A DNA stretch of 64,000 nt from Mobula hypostoma (taxonomy: Eukaryota). The stretch covers positions 198,836,001 to 198,900,000 of the forward strand of contig NC_086100.1 in the NCBI RefSeq assembly GCF_963921235.1, written 5' to 3'. The position numbers and the translations under genes were made by a program. The notes under the pieces are model-generated. The model did no database searches. It was not told where the DNA came from and saw nothing but the letters and a program-made list of their open reading frames with translations. This document shows positions 50,480-63,529 of this stretch, in pieces (the first letter of the stretch is position 1; each line of letters starts with the position of its first letter).

Positions 50480-52200
50480 GGTCCTCAAGGTGTTGTATCG
50501 AAATGCACGTAGTATGAGAAATAAGGTGGATGATCTTGTTGCAGTATTACGGGTTGCCAGGTCTGATGTTGTGGCCATCGCTGAATCATGGCTGGAGGGT
50601 GCAGTTACTGTTACAAGAGAGAGTGTGCTCAAAAAGCTGAAAGACGTAAGTCACCCAGACCAGAGGAGCTGCACCCTAGGGTTCTAAAAGAGCTAGCGTT
50701 AGAGATTGTAGTAGCATTAGAAATTATCTTTCATCAATCATTGGACTCTGGCATGGTGCCAGAGGGCTGGAAAATTCCAAATGTTACTCCACTCTTTAAG
50801 AAGGGAGGAAGGCAGCAGAAAAGAAATTATAGACCAGTTAGCCTGACCTCAGTGGTTGGGAGGATGTTGGAGTCAATTGTTAAGGATGAGGTGATGGAGT
50901 ACTTGGTGACACAGGACAAGATAGGACAAAGTCAGCATGGTTTCCTTAAGGGAAAATCTTGCTGATGAACCTGTTGGAATTCTTTGAGGAGATTACAAGT
51001 AGGATAGATAAAGGGGATGCAGTTGATGTTGTATATTTGGACAACCAGAAAGCCTTTGACAAGCTGCCACACATGAGGCTGCTTACCAAGTTAAGAGTCC
51101 ATGGTATTACAGGAAAGTTACTAACATGGTTAGAGCATTGGCTGATTGGTAGGAGGCAGCGAGTGGGAATAAAAGGATCCTTTCCTGGTTGGCTGCCAGT
51201 GACTACTGGTGTTCTGCAGGGGTCGGTGTTGGGACCACTTCTTTTTATGCTGTATATAAATGATTTAGATGATTGAATAGGTGGCTTTGTTGCCAAGTTT
51301 GCATATGTTATGAAGATTGGTGGAGGGGCAGGTAGTGTTGAGGAAACAGGTAGGATGCAGAAGGACTTAGAAAGATTAGGAGAATGGGCAAGAAAGTGGC
51401 AAATGAAGTACAATGTTGGAAAATGCATGGTCATGCACTTTAGTAGTAGAAATAAATGTGCAGACTATTTTCTAAACGGGGAGAAAATCCAGGAATCTGA
51501 GATGCAGAGGGACTTAGGAGTCCTTGTGCAGAACACCCTGAAGGTTAACTTGCAGGTTGAGTCAGTGGTGAGGAAGGTAAATTCCATGTTAGCATTCATT
51601 TCAAGAGGTCTAGAGTACAAGAGCAGGGATGTGATGCTGAGGCTTTATAAGGCACTGGTGAGGCTTCACCTTGAGTATTGTGAACAGTTTTGGGCTCCTC
51701 ATCTTGGAAAAGATGTGCTGGCATTGGAGAGGGTCCAAAGGAGGTTCACAAGGATGATTCCAGGAATGAAAGGGTTATCATACGAAGAATGTACGATGGC
51801 TCTGGGTCTGTACTCACTGGAATTCAGAAGGGTGAGGGGAGATCTCATTGAATCCTTTTGAATGTTGAAAGGCCTAGACAAAGTAGATGTGGAAAGGATG
51901 TTTCCCATGATGGGAGAGTCTAGGACAAGAGGGCACAGCCTCGGGATAGAGAGCCGTCCATTCAAAACAGATGCAGAGAAATTTCTTTAGCCAAAGGGTG
52001 GTGAATCTGTGGAATTTGTTGCCACATGCAGCTGTGGAGGCCAAGTCGTTGGGTGTATTTAAGGCAGACATGGCATCAAATGTTACAGGGAGAAGGCCGG
52101 GAACTGGGGTTGAGGGGGAGATAGAAAAAAAAGGATCAGACATGATTGAATGGCGGAGCAGACTCGATGGGCCAAATGTCTTGTGGTCTTATGGTCTTAT
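50480..52200 (+). mobile_element. CR1 LINE with a large internal deletion
   Basis: YRNARSMRNKVDDL..VAIAESWL (APE N-terminus) joined directly to RT fragments; scattered stops. Confidence 0.9.
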
Positions 52201-53111
52201 AGATCCAGTGCTCTACAACCTACTGGATGCAGAGCATGTCCCTCCCACTGGACTCTGCATCCAGAGTCCATTCCGCGCACTGGATATGATTGGGAGGGGG
52301 GAGGGACTGGTCCTCTGCCCTCTCCAGCCCCTCTGCACAGGATCAGGCCATTCAGCCCAGCATGTGCCTGCTAGCAAGGTGCTCATTTACACTACCCCCA
52401 TCTTGCCTGTATTTCTCGTTCCCTGCACATTCTAGTGCCTCTTGAACGTCACCATCGTATCTGCCTCTGGGCAATACGTTCCAGGCATCCAGCGCTCTGG
52501 GACGGAAAAACACACGTCTTCTCTCGCATCTCATTGAACAGAGAGCGCAGGCCCTTCGGCCCACAATGTTGTGCCGACCTTTTACTCTACTCCAAGATCA
52601 ATCTAACCCTTCCCTTCTGCATAACCCTCCATTTTTCTATCATCCCTGTGCTTTCCAAGAGTGTCTTAAATGTCCCTAATGTATCTGCCTCTACCGGCAC
52701 CCCTGACAGCGAGTTCCACACACCCACCACTCTCCGTGTTTAAAAAAACACATGCCTCTGACGTCCCCCCTATATATTAAAATTATACTCCCTTGTAATA
52801 GCCACTTCGCTCTGGAAAATGTCTCTGGCTGTCCACTCAATCTTTGCCTCTTATCATCATGTACACCTCTTTCAAGTCGCCTCTCATTCTCCTTCACTCC
52901 AGAGAGAAAAGCCCTCGCTTGCTAAACCTAACCCACTAAGACATGCTCTCTAATCCAGGCGGCTTCCGGGTAAATCTCCTCTGCACGTTTTGTTCAGCCC
53001 GTCTCTGTGAAGAGTGTGTGTTTTCTCTACGTCACTCCCTTGGGCTGTTTGTCCCCAAGAGGATGGAGAGGCTGGTGGGGGTCGGTGTGGAACTGGGAGT
53101 GACTCTGATCA

Positions 53112-53977
53112 CAGGCTGTGATCCAATCTGTGGGTGGGGGGATGTTCCAGGCTGTGATCCAGTCTGTGTGTGGGGATGTTCCAGGCTGTGATCTACTCTG
53201 TATGTGGGATGTTCCAGGCTGTGATCCAGTCTGTGTGTAGGGATGTTCCAGGCTGTGATCCAGTCTGTGTGTGGGATGTTCCAGGCTGTGATCCAATCTG
53301 TGTGGGGGATGTTCCAGGCTGTGATCCAGTCTGTGTGTGGGGGATGTTCCAGGCTGTGATCCAGACTGAGTGTGGGATGTTCCAGGCTGTGATCCAGTCT
53401 GTGTGCAGGATGTTCCAGGCTGTGATCCACTGTGTCTGGGATGTTCCAGGCTGTGATCCAATCTGTGTGGGGGATGTTCCAGGCTGTGATCCAGTCTGTG
53501 TGTGGGGGATGTTCCAGGCTGTGATCCAGTCTGTGTGTGGGATGTTCCAGGCTGTGATCCAGTCTGTGTGTGTGGGATGTTCTAGGCTGTGATCCACTCT
53601 GTGTGTGTGGGATGTTCCAGGCTGTGATCCAGTCTGTGTGTGGGATGTTCTAGGCTGTGATCTAGTCCGTGTGTGTGGGTGGGGGGATGTTCCAGGCTGT
53701 GATCCACTGTGTGGGGGGATGTTCCAGGCTGTGATCCAGTCTGTGTGTGGGGATGTTCCAGGCTGTGATCTAGTCTGTGTGTGTGGGATGTTCCAGGCTG
53801 TGATCTAGTCTGTGTGTGGGGATGTTCCAGGCTGTGATCCAGTCTGTGTGTGGGGATGTTCCAGGCTGTGATCCAGTCTGTGTGTGGGGATGTTCCAGGC
53901 TGTGATCCAATCTGTGTGTGGGGATGTTCCAGGCTGTGATCCAGTCCGTGTGTGTGTAGGGGGGGTGTTCCAGGCTG
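53112..53977. repeat. About 33-bp minisatellite, about 25 copies
   Basis: Unit GGGATGTTCCAGGCTGTGATCCAGTC(TG)n, with length variation in the TG/G part. Confidence 0.95.
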
Positions 53978-54042
53978 GGGTTTGCTGCTGGCTGGAATTC
54001 TGCAGACTCCAGCTTCTAAGTCTGTGTTTCTGTGTTATTCAG

Positions 54043-54109
54043 GGTCGTGGTTCCAGTCAGACACGAAGCGCCGTTACATCGGGGTCATGATGCTGACCCT
54101 CAACCCCCA
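54043..54109 (+). CDS. HTRA2: HTRA2 exon 6 (start of PDZ)
   Basis: ttattcAG / GTGAGT; SWFQSDTKRRYIGVMMLTLNP, containing the YIGV carboxylate-binding loop. Confidence 0.93.
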
Positions 54110-54652
54110 GTGAGTGTGGTTGGGGGGGAGTAGGATGTCAGGGTGGTGGTAGGAGGGGAAGGGGAGGACGGGGGCGGAGGGGGTTTGTACGGGTTTGGGG
54201 ATGTTGATTCAGGGATGTGTGTGGGGAGAGATGGTGTGAGATGTGGAGTAGAGGGAATGGGCAGCTGGGGGCGGGTGTTGGGAGCTGTGGGTGTAGATTG
54301 AAGGGGAGGGTCACCAGTGGGGACTGGAGCTGCAGCCCAGCCCAACTCATCCCCACAACCTCGGCCGCCCCCAGCGTTTACAGCTTCCAGCACTTCCCAC
54401 ACACCCCCTCCCCTCCTCCCTCAGAACCTTGCACATACACCGAACACTCCTCCACTCCACCTGCTCAACCCCAGAACACCCACACGCAACCCTGCACCCC
54501 ACCACCCGCTGTGGGTGGACGCGTGAGGGTCTACACCCCAGAGGCTATCTGCACCCTCTTGGTTTACCTGCCCAGCGCTGCACCGCCTTATTTGTCGCAC
54601 ACCCCCTCCCTCGCTTAAGACTATAAGATAAGGGAGCAGAAGTAGGCCATTC

Positions 54653-55277
54653 GAGAGGATTCGAGTACAGGAGCAGGGAGGTACTACTGCAGTTGTACAA
54701 GGCCTTGGTGAGACCACACCTGGAGTATTGTGTGCAGTTTTGGTCCCCTAATCTGAGGAAAGACATCTTTGCCATAGAGGGAGTACAAAGAAGGTTCACC
54801 AGATTGATTCCTGGGATGGCAGGTCTTTCATATGAAGAAAGACTGGATGAACTGGGCTTGTACTCGTTGGAATTTAGAAGATTGAGGGGGGATCTGATTG
54901 AAACGTATAAGATCCTAAAGGGATTGGACAGGCTAGATGCAGGAAGATTGTTCCCGATGTTGGGGAGGTCTAGAACGAGGGGTCACAGTTTGAGGATAGA
55001 GGGGAAGCCTTTTAGGACCGAGGTTAGGAAAAACTTCTTCACACAGAGAGTGGTGAATCTGTGGAATTCTCTGCCACAGCAAACTGTTGAGGCCAGTTCA
55101 TTAGCTATGTTTAAAAGGAAGTTAGATATGGCCCTTGTGGCTACAGGGGTCAGGGGGTATGGAGGGAAGGCTGGGTTCTGAGTTGGATGATCAGCCATGA
55201 TCATAATAAATGGCGGTGCAGGCTCGAAGGGCCGAATGGCCTACTCCTGCACCTATTTTCTATGTTTCTATGTTTCT
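54653..55277 (+). mobile_element. Young CR1 3' fragment
   Basis: ORF 54693-55181 is nearly identical to the C-terminus of the 22475-24148 ORF; same tail. Confidence 0.93.
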
Positions 55278-56962
55278 ATTCAGCCCATCGAGTCTGCTCC
55301 GCCATTCAATCATGGGCTGATCCAATTCTTCCAGTCATCCCAACTCCCCTGCTTTCGCCCCATACCCTCTGATGCCCTGGCTAATCAAGAACCTGTCTAC
55401 CTCTGCATTAAATACCCCCAATGACTTGGCCTCCACAGCCGCTCATGGCAACAAATTCCACAGATTTAGTAATTTAGTAGATTTACTCAGACTAAAGTAC
55501 AAACGTAATTTCTCCACATCTCAGTTCTAAATGGACATCCTTCAATCCTGAAGTCGTACCCTCTTGTCCTAGAATCCCCTACCATAGGAAATAATTTTGG
55601 CATATCTAATCCGTTCAGGCCTTTCAACATTCAGAATGTTTCTATGAGATCCCCACTCTTTTTCTCCCCCCCCCACCCCATTCTCCTGAACTTGAGGGAA
55701 TACAGCCCAAGAGCTGCCAGACGTTCCTTATACGGTAACCCTTTCATTCCTGGAATCATTCTCGTGAATCTTTTCTGAACCCTCTCCAATATCAGTATAT
55801 CCTTTCTAAAATAAGAGCCCAAAACTGCATACAATACTCCAAGTGTGGTCTCACCAGCGCCTTATAGAGCCTCAACATCACATCCCTGCTCTTATATTCT
55901 ATACCTCTAGAAATGAATGCCAACATTGCATTCGCCTTCTTCACAACCGACTCAACCTGGAGATTCACCTTTAGTGTATCCTGCACAAGGACTCGCAAGT
56001 CCCTTTGCATCTCTGCATTTTGTATTCCCTCCCCATCTAAATAATAGTCTGCCTGTTTATTTCTTCCACCAAAGTGCATGATCATACGCTTTCCAACGTT
56101 GTATTTCATTTGCTACTTCTTTGCCCATTCCCCTAAACTATCTAAGTCTCTCTGCAGGATCTCTGTTTCCTCAACACTACCCACTCCTCCACCTATCTTT
56201 GTATCATGGGCAAATTTAGCCACAAATCCATTAATCCCATAGTCCAAATCATTGACATACTTTGTAAAAAGCAGCGGTCTCAACACTGACCCCTGTGGAA
56301 CTCCACTGGTAACTGGCAGCCAGCCAGAATAGGATCCCTTTATTCCCACTCTCTGTTTTCTGCTGATCAGCCAATGCTCCACCCATGCTAGTAACTTCCC
56401 TGTAATTCCATGAGCTCTTATCTTGCTAAGCAGCCTCGTGTGGCACCTTGTCAAAGGCCTTCTGAAAATCCAAGTACACCACAACTACTGCATCTCCTTT
56501 GTCTACTCTGCTTGAAATTTCCTCAAAGCAGTGCAGTAAGTTTGTCAGTCAGGATTTTTCCTTCAGGAAACCATGCTGGCTTTGGCCTATCTTGTCATGT
56601 GCTTCCAGGTACTCTGTAATCTCATCCCCAACCATCAATTCCAACAACATCCCAACCACTGATGTCAGGCTAACAGGTCAATAGTTTCCTTTCTGCTGCC
56701 TCCCACCCTTCTTAAATAGCGGAGTAACATTTGCAATTTTCCAGTCATCTGGTATAATGCCAGAATCTATCGATTCTTGAAAGTGCATCGTTAATGCCTC
56801 CACAATCTCTCCAGCTACTTCCTTCAGAACCCGAGGGTACATTCCATCAGGTCCAGGAGATTTATCCACCCTCAGAACATTAAGCTTCCTGAGCACCTTC
56901 TCAGTCGTAATTTTCACTGCACAAACTTCACTTCCCTGACACTCTTGAATGACCGGTATTCT

Positions 56963-57442
56963 TACCAGATTGATTCCTGGGATGGCAGGTCTTTCATATG
57001 AAGAAAGACTGGATGAACTGGGCTTGTACTCGTTGGAATTTAGAAGATTGAGGGGGGATCTGATTGAAACGTATAAGATCCTAAAGGGATTGGACAGGCT
57101 AGATGCGGGAAGATTGTTCCCGATGTTGGGGAGGTCCAGAACGAGGGGTCACAGTTTGAGGATAGAGGGGAAGCCTTTTAGGACCGAGATTAGGAAAAAC
57201 TTCTTCACACAGAGAGTGGTGAATCTGTGGAATTCTCTGCCACAGCAAACTGTTGAGGCCAGTTCATTAGCTATGTTTAAAAGGGAGTTAGATATGGCCC
57301 TTGTGGCTACGGGGGTCAGGGGGTATGGAGGGAAGGCTGGGTTCTGAGTTGGATGATCAGCCATGATCATAATAAATGGCGGTGCAGGTTCGAAGGGCCG
57401 AATGGCCTACTCCTGCACCTATTTTCTATGTTTCTATGTTTC
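56963..57442 (+). mobile_element. Young CR1 3' fragment
   Basis: ORF ending at 57347 is nearly identical to the same subfamily; same tail. Confidence 0.93.
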
Positions 57443-58470
57443 TATTCTGCAGACATCTTCCACTGTGAAGACTGATTCAAGATACACATTCAGATCCTCT
57501 GCCATCTCTGCATCTCTCATTACAATAGCTCCAGCGTCATTTTCTATTGGTCCTATATCTAACCTCGACTCTCTTTTACCCTTTATATACTTAAAAAAGC
57601 TTTTAGTATCTTCTTTGATATTAGTCGCCATCTTCCTTTCATAATTCATCTTTTCGTTCCTAAAGACCTTCTCAGTTTTCTTCTGCAAGTTTTTAAAAGC
57701 TTCCCAATCCTCTGTCTTCCCACTAGTTCTGGCTTCCTTGTATGCCCTCTCTTTTGCTTTCACTTTGGCTCTGACTTCACTTGTCAGCCATGGTAGTGTC
57801 CTTCTTCTCTTTTGAAAATTTCTTATTTGGAATATAGCTGTCTTGAACTTCCCTCATTTTTCGCAGAAACTCCAGCCATTGCTGCTCTGCTGTCCTTCCT
57901 GCAAATGTCCCTTTCCAGTCAAATTCGGCCAGTTCCCCTCTCAAGCCATTGTAATTTCCTTTATTTCACTGAAATACCGACACCTTGGATTTTATTTTTT
58001 CCCTCTTCCATATAACCATATAACAATTACAACACGGAAACAGGCCATCTCAGCCTTTCTAGTCCATGCCGAACGCTTACTCTCACCTAGTCCCACCGAC
58101 CTGCATTCAGCCCATAACCCTCCATTCCTTTCCTGTCCATTAAAGCTATCCAATTTTACTTTAAATGACAATATCGAACCTGCCTCTACCACTTCTGCTG
58201 GAAGCTTCCCACAAGCTTCCTACTCTCTTCCCCCTACCTACCCTTCCCTCCTCTCCTTGGCCCACCTCCTCCCTCTCTGACCTTCGAAAACCCTTTCCTC
58301 TCCTCCCCCCTCTATAAACCACACCCCGATTCACCAAATTTCCACTCCCACCCTCCATCTGCAATCCCCCTCCTGCCCCACAGACCCCATTTCCCTCGGC
58401 CTCTCCCCCTTCCCCTCCCTCTCTACCCCCCTCCCTCTACCCCTCTCACTCTCTACCTCTCTGTTCCCAG

Positions 58471-58566
58471 GATCCTCGGTGAGCTGAAGCAGCGGGATCC
58501 CAGATTCCCGAACGTTTCCTATGGTGTCCTGATCCACAAGGTCATCATCGGCTCTCCGGCCAACCT
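58471..58566 (+). CDS. HTRA2: HTRA2 exon 7 (PDZ)
   Basis: ttcccAG / GTGAGT; 96 nt; [31 protein letters not shown]. Confidence 0.95.
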
Positions 58567-59479
58567 GTGAGTGCGGGCGAGAATGGGCAGGGACCAGACT
58601 GGTGGGTGGGTGTGGGGTGGCATCACCCGATCATCCCGTCCACTGGGGATCTTCCCCTCCCATTCCCATTTCCCTCCTTTTACCCTCTCGCTCTCCCATG
58701 CTCTGCCCTCTCCCCATATCACCCTCTCCATGTGGACCCGGGTGGGGGGGGGGGGAATGACGATATATGTTTTCCAAAGACCTTTGAGGGAATTCCACAG
58801 AAGAGCTGTCGAGCACGACTCAGGGTGGTTGTGAATGGGATGGTGCACGGGGTTGGACTGAAACTGCAGGACGGAGGCTGAGGGAAAGAATACAGACACA
58901 GGGGCAGAATCAGGCCATTCGTCCCATCAAGTCAGTTCCACCATCCCATCAGAGCAGGCTTCTTATCCTTTCAACCCCATTCTCCTGCCTTCTCCCTGTA
59001 ACCTCCGATGCCCTGACTAATCAAGTGAAAGGATAAAATGTATTTTTTCCTCAGGATGACACAGTGGGGATCAGTGCTGGGTCCCCGATACTCACGGGGC
59101 ACATCAGGAGCTGGGTTAATGACAGATAACTGGGTGCGATTGGGAAGTGGTTTCTGCCAACACATGTACCAGGGCACCAGACATCAGGAAAATCATTCCA
59201 TTGCATTAGTAAAACTGAAACCAGAATGCAGAATAAAGTGCTACGGTTACAAAGAGAGTGCCGTGCAGACAGTACAAGAGCCATGACGAGGCAGACTCTG
59301 AGATCAAGGGTCCATCTTTCAGTGTGTGTGAGGAGAAAGCAGAGAGGCCCCAGGGCAGATTTCACAGGTTGAGTGAGAGCAGGAAGATGTAGTCTTCCAG
59401 CCTGTCACTGGAACACACCTTTTGGTCCACGAAATTATGGCAAGCTAATGAAACAAGTAATTAAGTGCCCAAGTAAGCA

Positions 59480-59820
59480 AATCCTTTCTGTCTACACAAT
59501 GTCCATATCCCTCCATTCTCCAACTAACAAATCCTTTCTGTCTACACAATGTCCACGTCTCTCCATTCCCAAACTGAGCGAATCCTGTCTGTCCACAGAA
59601 TGTCCATATCTTTCCATTCCCAAACTGAACAAATCCTCTCTGTCTACACAATGTCCATATCCCTCCATTCTCCAACTAACAAATCCTTTCTGTCTACACA
59701 ATGTCCACGTCTCTCCATTCCCAAACTGAGCGAATCCTGTCTGTCTACAGAATGTCCACGTCTCTCCATTCCCCAACTAACGAATCCTCTCTGTCTACAC
59801 AATGTCCACGTCTCTCCACT
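59480..59820. repeat. 50/51-bp tandem repeat, about 7 units
   Basis: Units start at 59480, 59530, 59581, 59632, 59682, 59733 and 59783. Confidence 0.9.
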
Positions 59821-60518
59821 CTCTGCACATTCAGATTCAGGTTTATTTATCACGTGTACATCGAAACAGTGAGATGCGTCGTTTGCATTAACACCAGCAC
59901 ACTTGAGGTTGTGCTGGGGGCAGCCCACAAGTGTTGCCACACATCCTGTTGCCAATATAGTGTTCCCATAATGCTTGGGAGAACCACGCAGAACACAACA
60001 AGCAACAGAACAACAGGGAAACAAGTGCCCTTCATCATTTCCTGGGCCGATATCTAAGCACCTCTTAAACATCTCTATTGTATTTGCCTCCACCACCTAC
60101 CGCAGACAGTGCATTCCAGGCACCCATTTAAAAAAAACTTGCCTCTCACATCTCCGTCGAAATGGCCCCCTCACATCTTCAATGCATGCCTTCCGGTATT
60201 AGACATTTCAACCCTGGGAAAATGATATTGTCTGTCCACTCTATCTGTGTCTCTCATAATCTTTTAAACCTTGATAAGACCTAACCGTTCCACCGTTCTG
60301 GAGGAAACAACTCCAGTTTGTCCAACCTCTCGTTACGATACGTGTCCTCTAATCCAGGCAAGTCCAGCAATTGGTATCCCTGCATGATGTCTGGCCCCTC
60401 CCTGTGTGCTTCTCCCTTCGCCCCCTCTCTCCACCCTTTGCTGATGACCCCTGAGCCCCGCCTCCTCTCCCTGCTGCCCCTTGACCCCACTGTTGACCTC
60501 TTTCCTGTCTCGGTACAG

Positions 60519-60684
60519 TGCGGGAATGAGGCCGGGCGACATCATCCTGGAGATTAACGGGCAGCAGGTGAAGTCGTCGGAGGACGTGTACCGGGCGGTT
60601 CACCGGGAGAGCTCCCTCACCGTGGTGGTCCGCAGGGGCTCAGAGGAGCTCATGATCAACATCGTACCCGAGACCACCGAGTGA
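60519..60684 (+). CDS. HTRA2: HTRA2 exon 8 (end of PDZ, stop)
   Basis: gtacAG acceptor; 166 nt; AGMRPGDIILEINGQQVKSSEDVYRAV...VVRRGSEELMINIVPETTE-TGA. Confidence 0.95.
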
Positions 60685-60825
60685 GGGCAGGGGTCAGGTC
60701 CCACTCTCCACCCTCCCTGCCCGCCTGGGAACGCCAGACACTGGGGAGGCCGGGTGCTCAGTGTCAACACCCTGACCCAGATCGAGGTCACAGTTTGGGG
60801 CAAGTGGGAGATCAGGGCCCAGGCA

Positions 60826-60985
60826 GAGGGGTCAAGGGGAGGGTTGGAGGTCAGACAGGGGTCAAGGGGAGGGTTGTAGGTCAGACAGGGGTCAAGGGGC
60901 AGGTTGTAGGTCAGACAGGGGTCAAGGAAAGGCTTGGTCATACAGGGGTTGGGTGCCAGGCAAAGAGGTTGCAGGTCAGACCAAG
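60826..60985. repeat. 30-bp tandem repeat in the HTRA2 3' UTR
   Basis: ggtcagacaggggtcaaggggagggttgta, about 4-5 copies. Confidence 0.75.
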
Positions 60986-61414
60986 GGGGGGGAGGTCAGT
61001 GTCAGAGAGATCACAGAAAGGGTTAGGGATAGTCGAGGAAGGAGCGAGGGGGGGTGTGTCTGCAGCCCAGAGTCTATGGGGGAAGGTGGGGTGACTGGGG
61101 AGGGAGAGCAGAGTTGGAGGTTGGGCTGGAGGGAGCGAGAGGGGTCTCTGTACAGTCAACGACTGGTGTGGGTCAGTGTAGGAACCAGAGTGTTCACCAC
61201 TGGGGGGGGGAGGAATGAGGCAGGGGCCAGGTTGGAGTTTCTGGGAAGTACGTGGAGGGCGTCAGTGTTTGGCGGAGAGGGTGGGTGTGATGGTATCCTG
61301 TGGGTGTGGCTGCAAAATCGTGTGTGACAGCCTCAGCTCGGCGAGGGGAGAAGACGTGGCCCAGTGGTGGGGCCAGAGCCTGTGTGAGTTTTTGTCATGC
61401 TTACTGATGGCAGA

Positions 61415-61420
61415 AATAAA
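61415..61420 (+). terminator. Putative HTRA2 polyadenylation signal
   Basis: First AATAAA after the stop codon, about 730 nt downstream, just before repeat-derived sequence begins. Confidence 0.55.
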
Positions 61421-61439
61421 GAGCAGCACTTTAACCTGT

Positions 61440-62345
61440 GAATTCAAAGTTCAAAGTGAATTTATTATTAAAGTACAATCACGTCACCACGCACAACCCT
61501 GAGATTCGTTTCCTCGTGGGCATACACAAGAAACACAATGGAATCAATGAAAGACCGCTCCCAACAGGACAGACAAACAACCAGTGTACAAAAGACAACA
61601 AACTGTGTAAATACAAAATAATAATAAATAAATAATCAACAAGTATTGAGAACATGAGATGATGAGCAGGTTGTTCAGTGATGGAGCGAGCGAAGTTATC
61701 GCCTCTGGTTCAGGAGCCAGGATAACTGTTCCTGGACCTGGTGGTGAGAGTCCTGAGGCGCCTGTATCTGCCTCCTGATGGCAGCAGCGAGACGAGAGCA
61801 TAGCCTGGATGCTGGGGGTCCCTAATGATGGATGTTGTGATGGGGGGGGGGTTAACCGTGATGGACTGGGCCGTATCGGTAGGCACTAACTTTTGTCCCC
61901 CGGGTGGTGGAGTGTCCCTGGAGCCAGTGGGGAAAGGTGGGGGTGCGGCAGACTGGAGGTATGGTGAAACAGTGCACGGAATGCGAGAAGCTGGGTCTCG
62001 ACCGAGCTTGGATGATGGAGACAGGAGGGAGGGCGATGGGGGAGCGCGGGAGGACGGGAGGGAAAAGACGAGTGTGGCTCCCTTGCAGGGCCTCGCGTAC
62101 CAGATGAAATAATTAACACAATGGTTGCGGGAACGGTTAAATGATGGGGTAAATGAACTATCCGCTTTGGTTCCAGAGCCTGTTGGCAGCAGTGAGAAGA
62201 GAGTATGGTCTGTACGGTGGGTGTCCTTAATGACGGAGGCTGCTTTCCTGCACCTACTCTCGGTGTAGATGTGCTGAATGGTGAGGCGGGATTTACCCAT
62301 GATGGACTGGGCCCTATCCACTAATTTTTGTGGTATTTCCCATCA
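61440..62345 (-). mobile_element. Rex1/Babar-like LINE 3' fragments
   Basis: KAASVIKDTH..HTLFSLLP and IIRDPQHPGYALVSLLPSGGRYRRLRT motifs, as two partial copies. Confidence 0.7.
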
Positions 62346-62559
62346 AATCGGGCTGGAAGAGAATGTCACTATGCTCTATTTCTAAACTACACAAAAGTGC
62401 TGGACAGCACCTAACGAAACGGATAAACAGGCGAAGTTTCGGGCTGGAAGTCATCAACTGTTTATTATTCTCCGTAGATGCTGCCGACCTGCTGAGTTCC
62501 TCCAACATTCTGTATGTGTCACCCTGGGTGAAATAACCTAATATTGGCTTCCCGCCCAG

Positions 62560-63000
62560 GGGTGAGTCCACCCCTGGATACGAAGCAGGGAGTGGGGTCG
62601 CTCCGGGAGCCGGGGAACAGCATCGCTCTGCGGGCTGATCGGCCGCAGGCTCCTTGTGTGCAGTTCGGCAAGACCACCGGCAGGTGGCGCCGCGGACGTG
62701 TACGCAGGCACATCCACAGGGTCGCGTACCTGCGCGCCGACGTAGCACCGAAGGCAGACGCGCGTGCGCGCACATAGTTGCTTGTACGCGCGTACGTATT
62801 GCCACACACGGGCGACCGTGCGCGCACACGGACAGGAGCGAGCGTGAACTGAGTGCGCGGCGCGGGCCCGTTGGACCCAATGGCTCCTAAGTCGGCAGGG
62901 GTTGTTGCAGCGAACCAACAGGGAGCCAGCACATAAGCGAGAGGCCCAACAGCCGCCGGCGGATTCCCTCCGACTGGCTCAGGATCAGCGTGAGAGTGGG
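62560..63000. promoter_or_regulatory. Small CpG island, candidate promoter
   Basis: Dense CpG; two GTGCGCGCAC palindromes (NRF1-like); CCAAT near 62877. Confidence 0.45.
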
Positions 63001-63529
63001 ATCAGACGGGTGATGCACACGACGGGCCGAATGGACGTTGCCGACAGGAACTGGCCCTTCGGCCCACCGTGTCCCTGACACCTCTTTCTGCCTGTACGCG
63101 CTTTCTAGCTCTCCAGGCTCAGGTCTCTTAAGCGTGTGTACATTCCAGGTACCCAGCACTGTGTAAAAAACCTGGTCGCTCACACCTTTGAAATTACCCT
63201 CTCTCACTTAAAATATTAGACATTTCAACCCTGGAGAAAAGATACTGTCTGTCACTCTATCTATACCTCCCACAATCTTATAAACATTTATGAGATCTCC
63301 CCTCAGCCGCCACCGCTCCAACGAAAACAACCCACATTTGTCCAACCTCTCATTGTAACTGACGACCTCTTATCCAGGCAGCATCCTGGTGACCCTCTTC
63401 AAAGCCTCCACATCCTCCGTGTGATGGGGCCACCGGAACGGCACACAGTACTCCAAGTGTGCTCCAACTGATATCTCACACAACGGCAATATGACTTCCT
63501 GACTCCTGTACTCAATGAGCGGACAGACA

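Larger units (their letters stand above)
54617..57990 (-). mobile_element. Older CR1 copy interrupted by two young CR1 insertions
   Basis: RT fragments in ORFs 57763-57434, 56917-56678, 56484-56113, 56109-55792; (cttatagt) tail at about 54617. Confidence 0.88.

Noticed and set aside
53027..54090. Repetitive ORFs (DHSLEHP / GCDPVCV)
   Set aside because: Translations of the intronic ~33-bp minisatellite, with frame-shifting unit lengths.
41612..60684. Assignment to HTRA1/3/4
   Set aside because: Exon 1 has a mitochondrial-type presequence and TM segment instead of IGFBP/Kazal domains, and the 8-exon layout matches HTRA2.
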